Assembly (NCBI GenBank): GCA_051294905.1
Contig: CM119372.1
Coordinates: 21,764,001 to 21,828,000 of the forward strand
Direction: 5' to 3'
DNA: 64,000 nt
Source of the DNA: Botryllus schlosseri
Taxonomy: Eukaryota
The notes under the pieces are model-generated. The model did not search any database. It saw only the letters and a list, made by a program, of their open reading frames with translations, and was not told where the DNA came from. A program made the position numbers and the translations under genes. This document shows, piece by piece, positions 51,038 to 61,723 of the stretch (position 1 is the stretch's first letter; each line of letters starts with the position of its first letter).

Positions 51038-51407
51038 CAGTGGTTCCCAACGTGGGCGATATCGCCCCCCAGTGGTGATTTTGGAAACAAGGGGGCGAAA
51101 ATATCAAAGAGGGCGTCTTGGCTACGAAAATGTCAGTGATATATATATAATTAACACGGCCAAAAATGCACGTGAAGATGGCTTATTCTACATGTGACGC
51201 GAAAAAAGGCCAACTCAATAGAAAGTAGAGCCGCTTTTTCGGAAAAATGACCAATTTTTAGTCAATTGACCAGTGATCAGAGTAAGGTTAATAAATTGCC
51301 CGTTTATATGTCGTCTTTTTCGGATCCGTGAATACTGGGGGGGGGGGCGAAAATTTGTGTCGAGCTCGATAAGGGGGCGATGAGCCGAAAAAGGTTGGGA
51401 ACCACTG
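51038..51407. mobile_element. hAT MITE (GGGGCG-rich family)
   Basis: TIR CAGTGGTTCCCAAC. Perfect TSD ATATAGAG. Confidence 0.9.
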
Positions 51408-51929
51408 ATATAGAGGCTAATCATTAGTTCCTAGTGGAGTATAATTGCAATTTTATAATATCGCACGACCTATTATTTACTATTCCGCAAATAATCATCT
51501 TTGTGCGTGAGAATGCCTGTTGTTATATTTAGCGTAGTTCAAAATATTTGAACCGAGTAGCTAAAGAGGTATTAGATAAAAAGAGTCCAGTGTCACGGTA
51601 TTTTTGCAAGCTAATATATTACAGTGTCTCTTAAATATCGCAACAGGGATCTTATCCTTCTCACTAATGTCATAAGATTGTGGATATAAAGTAGAATATA
51701 TTTGAACTTGTATGCGCTGTTCATGTCGTAAAAGTAACAAAAACGCTATTGCCCTATGAAATTTACTTTTTCGGCACTAATATAAGACAAACTCAGAAGG
51801 TATGGTAACGTCTCCAGTTGTCGACAAATCCAATCCAGGGAAGTAACGGCAGGGATATCTCGGATGCCGGCCGGCTACTCCACCGGAAGTCAAATAGACG
51901 CCGAGTGTTGCTGGGACCGCGTAGGCGGA

Positions 51930-52060
51930 TAACATGGCGAGGAGGAGCCTAGGGAAACGGTCCAATACTTAAGTGGTGATTCTGAAGTCAATCTCGATTG
52001 GAATCGCACTCGCAACCGATGGGTGTTGCAGCTGTGCAACCATAACTGCGGTCACTCGCG
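51930..52060 (-). mobile_element. tRNA-derived SINE related to family 1 (shared head; 3' extent uncertain)
   Basis: The reverse complement CACAGCTGCAACACCCATCGGTTGCGAGTGCGATTCC...CTAGGCTCCTCCTCGCCAT matches 23358-23453. Confidence 0.65.
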
Positions 52061-52434
52061 ACGTTGTACACTTCTATGCTTTCGTAAGACACTGCGGACT
52101 CGAGAATACTGCAGGTCCCGTGGATTCGTCATGTCATATAGCCAGTATGAAATCGTGATATCAATTTGGAATGCGAGACATGTTATGGTATAAGATTATC
52201 GAATGATAATAATAATGATAATAAGTGCAATTCGCATCTTCACGCCTTAGAATATAGGTGATGTTGATATACCTTCAACTTTCACGCTTATGTAATGGTG
52301 GTACTTTGAAATATAAAAGCGAAAAGAAACAAACAGAGAGTCAAAATTGAAATATCGAAAATATAAATATTCTGAGAACGGAGCTGTAAGATATGAATTA
52401 TCATAAAAATATACCTAAAATTGCATGAGCAGTT

Positions 52435-52657
52435 TCAAGGAACAACACATGTACAACTCACAGGAACTCTTTCAGTGGTGACTTTGCATATACCAGGCGT
52501 GCATTGCGAATAATGACGTATCGCGCCTTTCCGCCACTTCAGCACTACCATGGACGCGTAGACTTCAGTGCTTTTCAGACTTGACATCGGGTGCCTCGAA
52601 AGAGGATTGAGACAGGTCTTGCACAGACATTTGGCAACGGGCAGACGAGGAGGATAT
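52435..52657 (-). pseudogene. IL-17-like copy D, exon 2 (reading frame intact)
   Basis: Acceptor CTTCACCAG|A, then (R)YPPRLPVAKCLCKTCLNPLSRHPMSSLKSTEVYASMVVLKWRKGAIRHYSQCTPGICKVTTERVPVSCTCVVP*. 223 nt, as in copy C. Confidence 0.85.
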
Positions 52658-53369
52658 CTGGTGAAGTTATAACGGTAAAATGAGATTAACCAATCCCAGA
52701 CGAGATACATAAAACATTATAGCATTATCGATGACCCAGAAGTGACCAAGGTAAGTGATGTAGAAGTAATGTCGTAAATTTATACCCACTTACAAGTATT
52801 ATTAGCGATCTTCAAGACACGTAAACCTATACGTCATGTAGAAGTCTAGAAGACAATGACACTTGAATTAAAGTATTCACTGTGCATTGTGCCAACGTGT
52901 CGCAGACTTTTGTTCGTAAGTCAACGGTAAGTGTGGTGACATCTTTCGAAATTGCAAGATGATTATTTGCGGCGGATGCAAAAGACCACAATGGATTCAA
53001 TTGCTAAACTGATTCTGTTTTCACAATAAATAGTCAACAAACACCGTTCGGTTCTGATAACATTTTCGCCCACAAGAGTGATGCAAATCTTTCCAAACAA
53101 ATCTTTCTACTTGACCAAATGAAAAAGTGACACGTAAGTATTTTAGCTTCATTGAAGCAGACCGGATGTATTTTTAAAACATGTCTACTTGAGTAAGTAG
53201 CGGAAATAGACACGTAACCCATTTGAATCATTTATACACAGTGGACTTACTTATAGTTATTGGCCATCTTTGTGCATGAGATCATAGTTATGATACCAGT
53301 GGTAGATGGAAAGTCTAGTGTTTAGTACAAAAATAACGATATAACAAAAAAAAAAGTGGGGGATCCTAC

Positions 53370-53721
53370 CTATTTCGGCGTTTCTGCATACAGGTTGTCC
53401 ATGGGGATATACTCCTTTTATTTTCGTCAATTACCTTATCTTTATTATCTCGGAAGTTCGGACATCGAACACGACACGACCGACGCGAACGAACTCAAAC
53501 TTCTTCTTCCTCTGTATCTCCTTGCGGACGTCATCAACGGCTGTTCTGTTATTCTCAAGCACGATTCCCGGATTGAAGCATCGCTGAGCATATCACAGTC
53601 TGAAGAGTTGTACTTTTCGGCGTGAACGTCTTCGTCGAAATATTTTGCGTTCGCATATCTTATCATTAAAGCAACAAAAATCGCCAGTATCAATGTCGAG
53701 GGCATTTAATGAGTATTTCAT
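53370..53721 (-). pseudogene. IL-17-like copy D, exon 1 with two frameshifts
   Basis: A +1 insertion lies between ATG 53721 and ATG 53705. A 4-bp duplication (GAACGAAC, 53487-53494) gives a stop at 53445, and the shifted frame continues RRSCRVRCPNFRDNKDKVIDENKRSISPWTTCMQKRRNR. Donor AG|GTAGGA, 712-bp intron. Confidence 0.82.
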
Positions 53722-54444
53722 TTCGAAAATAAAGCCTACTTGTTGAGCATCAGTGGAATGGTGACAAATTATACCTATACAATATATTCGAGATTATATA
53801 GATAGTACATTCGGATCAGGTGAACGTATATCAGCTCGAGGCCTGATTTGTCACTTATATAGTGATATCGCTTTGTACGTAATTTTTCTTAGGGTGATTT
53901 GCATATAATCTCATAAATTCAGTTGCGTTGTACGTTGTACTTGTAAGATTCCGTTCACTGCAAAAGTAATATTATCTTTATTGAATTCAATTGAATATGT
54001 TTAATCTTTCATTATCTCGTTGCAGATATGCTTGCGCATATTGAAATAGCATTGAGAACAATATAAATATGGATACATGCTCGTGTATATGACGTGATAA
54101 TGATGAGGTGAGGATGTATATCTGTTGACATAGTTGTATGCTATCGCAACAAGTCCCCTACACGTGGAGTAGATAAAGAGATTCTTGATGTTTACTCTAC
54201 TATACTCAAATAGGATTATACGGAACATTGTATATCTCATATAATCATATAGTATTCCCAAAATAGTTGTACAAGGGATGGTGTGACAACATTATCTCGG
54301 CTTAAACTAAATATAGCCGTTATCCCGTATACATTGAATTAATTCAACTAATATCTTTGTTGATACACAAAGCAAATGTATAGACTTTGTTACAGCTTAT
54401 TGGTTATTCATTAAATGAATCTTAAATGCGGCGACCGCAGGTAC

Positions 54445-54454
54445 GGAAGTCCCC
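54445..54454 (-). promoter_or_regulatory. NF-kB consensus site GGGGACTTCC upstream of copy D
   Basis: Identical to the site at 3934-3943, ~725 bp upstream of the ATG. Confidence 0.5.
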
Positions 54455-54701
54455 TGTGTTTAGCGTGTCATATGTGAGGAAATGTCGAACGTGAGAAACT
54501 AGTATTTACAGATTGTACACTGTGCAATGTATGTATATTGTACAACATACAGTACAATGTACACTGCACAGACAAATGAATCCAAAGGAATAATATCATG
54601 CATTTACTATGTTTCGACTTTCCATTCTCGAAATTGCATGCTGCGAATTGATTTTCAGACCTTAATAGGACGCAAAGATTATTAACGAGTACAGTAGCTA
54701 C

Positions 54702-55967
54702 CAGAGGTGGTCAGTAACGAAGTACTTCTACTTTTTCGAAGTACTCAAGTAGTTTTCCTCTACTTCTGGTACTTACTCAAGTAGATCTGATTTCTCTACT
54801 TATACTTTTACTCCGTAATATTTTGTGATCTACTTACTTACTTTTCGCTATTATCAGTTTTTCAAGTTGAAGTAGTGTAATCCCCAATACGAAAGATAGC
54901 CTGAGGAATTTCGGGGCTGTTTTCGCGGAGTACCAACATTTAATATTCATAAAAGTCAAGTAAAGCCGAGCAATTTTGCTGTGCTTCGCGCATGGTAATA
55001 GTTATGGACTGACAAATATGTTTTCACGAAAGTATCAGTGAATATAATTTAGGTACCGGATTACTTGGTACCGCTCACACCGCATTGTCACCCATATCAA
55101 ATATTTCATCACAGTAAATATGGCCCATCATAACGTTTGAAACTACCGTTTCGCAATCTAGCAATTAGACCTACCTATCATATCGTAATCTAGCAGACCA
55201 TGACGTGTCCTGCTAATCTAGAAAATCCGGCTTTTTTTAACGTTACACCTGTTTTAGCAGATCACCTTTGAAGCTTTATGGACAAAAGACATGAAATATA
55301 TTTTCCGCTTTTTAGAAGTGGTATTTGTATTTCACTTTGATTCCGAGTGCCATATTTTGAGTTCTAATTACTTTCAGTTCTTTTGTCTGCAGAACATTCA
55401 TGTTGAAGCATAAAAGCTAGTCTAGTAATGCCTCTATTTTCCGAAATTAAAGCTACACTAAACATAAAATTTTACGATCCACAATATTTGCTATTAACGT
55501 ACAGGTCTACTAATCGCACAAAGTGTTTAAACCGTATCCGATACAACTTCTCCGTATTGCTATTCGCCTAAGCTTGGGGTCTTATAATATGGGGGAGGGC
55601 ACCATGCCATGATATTCTCTAAAACGGGGTCTTCTAGTAAACAAAGGGTTAGTATCGCATTTTCATATCAATACTATAATTTGCATCAGTCGAAAATTGA
55701 CACCTCATCGGTGGCATCAATACGAATCAAGCTCTCTGCACCTTCTGCATAGCTCAATTTTCAGCTTTTCACAGTCCATGCGAACGAATTAAGACTGTTT
55801 TCAAAACTACTTACTTACTTGAGTAGATTTAAAGTCAGTCAATTCTACTTCTATTTCAAGTAGTTTTTGGTAGCTTATGGAAGAAGTACTTCTACTCGTA
55901 CTTGAGTAGATTTTTTTCGTCACTACGTCTACTTGAGTAGCTTTCTTGACTACTTTGACCACCTCTG
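54702..55967. mobile_element. hAT element with TACTT/AAGTA subterminal repeats
   Basis: TIRs CAGAGGTGGTCA / TGACCACCTCTG. Perfect TSD GTAGCTAC. Empty paralogous site at 4167-4174. Confidence 0.92.
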
Positions 55968-58847
55968 GTAGCTACTTAACTTATCATAAGTGGCGGATAT
56001 CCAACTAACGATAACAATTGCGGATTTATAAGTTTGGAACTCGTTGTGTAAAAATATTTTAGTAGGACGCCACGGCGAACATAGTGAGTGGACTTCGTAT
56101 TTTCAGTTTCAAAACCTGCAATGTCTCTTAGCTTCGAATTCAAATCTCACTCTATATAGCAGTGGTTCTTGAGCTTCTCTAACCTGCATGGGGAACACTT
56201 ACGCTAATCTGCAAGTCTTCGGAAACCCCAAATTCTCGCTAAGTCACAAAATCAACAATCTACCACAATACTAACTATAAGACATCTAATACACTATAGA
56301 TTACTGGTGCGCAATTACAAATGAATTTATGAATATTGGAGATAGAATTTCAGGATTCTATACCAATTCCAATATTTTTTCTGAAATATATTTTTTTTCT
56401 GAAATATGGCTCTGCTTCAAAATAAGTTTGAAACCACTGAGGCCCGCAAATATGTGAGTATGATTAGGAATAAAAAAGAAATTTCGATGTCTAGCTGTAT
56501 CTGTGACAACGGGACTGGGAGTCTATTCCAAACGTTTGACAATATTACAATTGCCTACAAAAATGAAGAAGGAAAATTGCTGTTTCAACTTTGATAAATC
56601 GATACAGACTAAATTTTAGTTGCTGAATCCATTTTTGCTCCAACACGTCACTCTTCGCTGTACATTTTTGCCAATTCCATAGATTTATCAAATTTTGGAC
56701 TCTGTTAGTGACCGAACGGTGAGCATATAAGAGCAACAGATCAAATGTTGTCGTTGAAAACACCTGTGATGAAACCTGGGCTGAAAGTTTTGTCGTTGCA
56801 CAGAATGGCAGTTTTCGACAAACTTTGATTCAGTAGTTCTCCATCTTTTTTCAATCACGGACCTTTTCGAATTTCAACAATATATATGTCGACGCATTCA
56901 CGTCCTCTTCTATCACTTAGTTACTAGCATCGAACATTGCGCTTGAGAGCTCATCACCTTTATCTTCATACCTCTGGACTGCACACTTGATCGGCCAATA
57001 GGCTACATTTTGTTACCCTAACCTGCTCTTTAAAAAACGTATAAATTATCAACGATAAACCGATAATTGCTCATATAACGTGAAAGAGAATCGTGCGCTA
57101 TGACAAGTGACCCAAATTTGTTCTCATTCGCTAATTATCAACGAAAAACTCAAATAACTCCGCGTTTACTGGCTGGAATTGAGACAAATTTGTTTTGCAT
57201 CGTTTTTGAAGACAACTCAACAATTTCATGGTGTTGACAGAAAAATTTGATTTTTTTTTTATAATTTTTCCTACCAAATTAGACATTTAAATTGGCTCTG
57301 CGGCGGCTTATACTTGTTAGAATTGAACCAAATTTGGCGTGCAGCGTTTTTCAGGGTAACTTTACAATTTTATCAGTGAATGGCTTTAATCCGGAAAAAA
57401 AGGTTATTTTTAACAACCCTACTGTACAGTGTACAGTGTATATATATTTCAGTCTGTTCATATGATAATTTCACTGATCCAAACGATGCAAGCTTATCCT
57501 TAAACTTCTCTCTACTTTTCGTAATCAAATTTTAAAAAGTAACTAGGCCTATTGTTACGTAAAACAGTTCAAGCGGAAGTGGAGGTAGTCTAAAACATAA
57601 CTATTTGAGTAAATACTGCAAGTAGGCAAAACCTACCAGACCATACAAAGGTAGAAGTAATTCGTCACTAGCCCCCGTCTTGTTGCTGGAAGCTTCGTTG
57701 GCAGCAGAGTGGTAGTAAACGACCGGGACCTCGTGAAATGAATGTCCGTCATACAATGGATGACGCACAATATCAGCGGAATATAAAGATACAATGTCTG
57801 AATATCCATATAGATTACTTTGCTGAAAACCTTGGCGATATCAGTGAAGAATAAATTGAGCGACTTCACCAAGATCTTCGAGGTATGGAAGGCTGGTGGA
57901 AGGCCGGTGGAACTTCACGAGAGAAAGTTACACCGCTACTCACGAACGAAGGTCATCAAAATGAAAGTTCTTATTAAAACAACCTTTATGTTTCACGACG
58001 ATTTTATCAATATATTATTGCAATATAATTATTAATATTAATATAATAATATTATATCGAAAAGAGATAGAAACGTGATAGAAACAAAATACCGGCGGAT
58101 TCCGATTCAGTGTCCCCAAATTGAGCAAAATCAAAAGCAAATTGTGTATATGTTCCGTCTCTGCAAATTCTAAATGTCAAATACAATCGGAAGCCCGGAT
58201 TAGGCTAACTGCGCGAATGCTCTGATATCAGATCAATCTTTGTTAAATTCCAAAATATTCTACCCATAATTGTGGCGCGTCAAATGTCCGCGAGCTGCAC
58301 TCGACACCTTTCACGACGCCATTATGCATTTGTCCTCTCGCATTGTGTTTATACCTCATCATTTTCACAAATTATGCCAAGTACAACATAAATTGTATTC
58401 AAACATTCAAAAATATGTTTTCTTTCGTCCCGGGCATGATTATTACAATAGTAAATCACATATTCACGATGTGTGGAATGCCAGTCTGTAAGGTCCCGCT
58501 AAATAAGGCGTACTCATAAATGCATTGAATAACGCTATTGTTGATGCTGCAACCCACGGCGTCATCTAAAACTGGGAAATTGGCCCGCTATCACATTTGA
58601 ATTTGAGACCCCTGCACAATACAGGGATTGGAAAATATTCTATTTTACTCCAAGTATCATAGACTTGAAAGTAGCATGTTTTATGAGCGAGCGTTATCCG
58701 TACGAATCGAGACGAGAGCCACTTCAATCCGGGATGCATCCCCATCCACGCAGTGGCCCAATTTAGGAGAGGCACAGCAGGCATAGGACGTGGCTTGTGA
58801 AACCCGTGCCAATTACGTCCATACTCAACTCATGTCGTAGTCTAGAC

Positions 58848-59491
58848 CAGTGGATCTCAACCGCCGGTACCGTCCTTATCAAGCTTTCAGCCGGTCCGCC
58901 AGATGGATTTGATTTTTATGTGTCAATTCAAAAATGGAGGAATTTGGAAGCTTTTCCAATAATTAGAGAAATCAAACACCAAAGGTTAAATTTATTCAAA
59001 TATGTGGGACTTATTTTATATGGTTCAAGTGTCATAAGACACATTCTAAAACAGTGGTTCTTAAACTTTTAGACCCGCCTTCCTTTATGATAGTGAAAAA
59101 TTTCGCTCCCCCTCTCCCCCCTCCCCAATCCCGCGCGCGCCCCAGTTTGAAATCCACTGTTTTAAAAGTAGCCAACGACTTGTTTCGGACAAGTTACATG
59201 TGAAATCTTTTGAGACTTTTAAACAGACTTCGCTAAATTCCGACAATGCAATTAGGCGACACCTGGCAGCAGAGGCTACAGCAAATATCCAAGTCGCATT
59301 TCTTTCAAAAGATACCGAACAATTACAATTAGTACTCTGCGAGCTTCTGCTTGCAGAATTTTCAATAGAACTACATATAAATAACTACCATCAAAAAGGC
59401 ATCAACTATGTTGCATGCATTTGTGGTGATTAAATTTAGGGAGAATTTCGGTTTTTGAAGGTTCACAGGTCAAAAATGTTGAGAACCACTC
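58848..59491. mobile_element. hAT MITE with a nested 108-bp mini-MITE (59052-59159)
   Basis: Ends CAGTGGATCTCAAC / GTTGAGAACCACTC. TSD GTCTAGAC / GTATAGAC. Inner TSD TTCTAAAA / TTTTAAAA. Confidence 0.72.
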
Positions 59492-59748
59492 GTATAGACT
59501 GCAGTGCTCTTAAATCTTTTAACCTAAAAAAGTTATAAAAAAAAAACCGCCCCCTGTTTCGCTGGTAACGGCCCACCGTTACATATAGACCGTTGCTTAG
59601 GAGTGTCATTTCTCAATGCATCTCCTGTGTAACCTTTGCTACTGATACATGCACCCCTTGCCGATTTTCATGCACCATGTGGTGCACCATGCACACCGAT
59701 TGAAGAGCACTGGTCTGGAGTAATGGTTCTCGATCATACGGTGCAGAT

Positions 59749-60174
59749 GGTGTCCGGTCAATACCGAGCATGCTATTACCGAGTATGCTATTCCTATTAC
59801 CGAGAAGGACAATACCAAGAATGAATATTACCAAGAATGGACAATAACGAGAATGGATATTACCGAGAATGGACACCACCGAGAATGGACATTACCGAGA
59901 ATGCAATATATGCAATGCAGGCATGTTATGCATATGAACAGATCGTGTGTGTACATCATGGCGTTCCCACATCGGTATCGATTCTCAGGTATAAATTTCT
60001 CGACAACGTCCGTTACATTAAGCTAGATTCTTGGGATTGGCCATTCTCGGTAATGTCCATTCTCGGTAATGTCCATTCTCGGTAATGTCCGTTCTCGGTA
60101 ATGTCCATTCTCGGTAATAGCATTATCGGTAATGTCCATCTCGGTAATAGCATTCTCGGTAATAGTATGGCACC
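59749..60174. mobile_element. Mutator-like foldback MITE with inverted arms built of 15-bp tandem repeats
   Basis: 9-bp TSD GGTGCAGAT (59740-59748, 60175-60183). (TTACCGAGAATGGAC)n on the left and its reverse complement on the right. Empty paralogous site at ~4473. Confidence 0.85.
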
Positions 60175-60544
60175 GGTGCAGATTGAACTGCTCACGGTTG
60201 CTGCTAGAATGGTTGCCGTCAACAGATAAAAATAATTACAGATGTCCAATACTCAGTCCTAAGTATTATTTGGTAAACAGATGAATAAAAAATGTCGAAC
60301 CTACATCATATTACTGTTCAATCCCATACTTTGATGACGTTGACTGGAAAAAATCATCGCCGGCAATGAGGTGGTGAAATTGTGGCTGGTCCGATATTAT
60401 TTTTGAGTCACCATGCACCATCATATTGTGGTGCTTGATAGCATCTGCTTACCAAATCTCGGGTACTAGGGTGCCGCACACTATATTTTTCCCGTTCACA
60501 TGATGCTGCGGGATCAAAAAAGTTGTGAACCACTGTCTCTAGAG

Positions 60545-61723
60545 CAGGGGTGGGCAAACTTCTGAGCTCGCGGGCCGCATTCAACATCTGAATCCATTCG
60601 CGGGCCGCACTATATAAAATTGGGATTAAAAACCAAATTGCAATATTGGTATTTGATTATATAGTGAGGACAGAGAGATGATATATGTGCCAAACATTGC
60701 TTTTGATGATATCGTACACGCGTCAGAAACATAGTGGCGAGATTTCATAGGCTGGTCGACCTGAATAACCAATTTGTCAAAACTTTCGAGATGAAAGTCG
60801 GTTGTCTCGATTCTTGGAACAGGATTTAAATTTAAATCTGTGAGCACTGAGCAGCGATCTGTTCATAGATTTAGCAATTCCAATTTTGGTTCAGTTTCAG
60901 GACACACAATGCTAACAGCATCATACCCATCTTCAAACACGCTTCTACTATGTGTAGATAAAATATGAATACCGCAATTCTACGCATACAGAAAACAAAT
61001 CTACGTAAGACACGCGCTAATCGTTTTTTCTTCATAAGCAATTCACTGAAATATTTAAAACTGGAGTGGCCAATCTGAAATCACACTCGTGAATCGAATT
61101 ATGTCAATCTCCTATAGGATTTCTGTGATGTTTAGCAGTTGAAACCTTTCAAACTGAGTGGGCCTTGAAATCGGGCTGTGGCGCCACAAATTAAACATAA
61201 ACAATGATATAGGAAGTATTTTACCTTAGAATAGCGGTTCTCCAACTTCTTAAGACATGCCCTCCTAATGATGATGAAAGATTTGGGCCCCCTTATCGTC
61301 ATATCACAAAACGCAACCATGATGCTAGCAAACCCAATGGATAGTTTGGTGGCATGGAAAGTTACGACTGTGGATAATATATCTTTTAATCTGAAATTCC
61401 GACTATATACAGAGCAATAAACGTGAATTGGCTGTAAATCGCGCGGAGCGCGCAAATTTTTTTCAGTTGAGCTCAGATTCGCATCCTCGTCAGATGCTTT
61501 CACGCCACCAATGTGGGCGCGCCCCCACAGTTTGAGAACCACTGCATTAGAATTATCATGGTGAAATATACTAAGAAAAAGTTTGACTCAAGTCCCTGCA
61601 TTATGTCGATTTTTAGAACGCATTTTTCAATATTTTTAATAAGTTTCATTAGACTCTCGCGGGCCGCACAGAACGGTGTTGCGGGCCGCATGCGGCCCGC
61701 GGGCCGTAGTTTGCCCACCCCTG
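60545..61723. mobile_element. hAT element (GCGGGCCGC motifs) with a nested MITE at 61232-61544
   Basis: TIRs CAGGGGTGGGCAAACT / AGTTTGCCCACCCCTG. Perfect TSD CTCTAGAG. Inner TSD CCTTAGAA / CATTAGAA. Confidence 0.92.

Noticed and set aside
51777..51965. 62-aa ORF with a signal-like N-terminus
   Set aside because: It starts at TTG, overlaps the SINE body and has no recognisable motif or splice support.
52658..52710. N-terminal extension MYLVWDWLISFYRYNFT of ORF 52435-52710
   Set aside because: Intronic read-through upstream of the AG acceptor at 52659-52658, and not conserved in B or C.
59760..60165. Regular repeats resembling a CRISPR array or a repeat-protein ORF
   Set aside because: 15-bp head-to-tail units with no unique spacers, arranged as inverted arms with a 9-bp TSD. 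The DNA is eukaryotic and has no cas genes.
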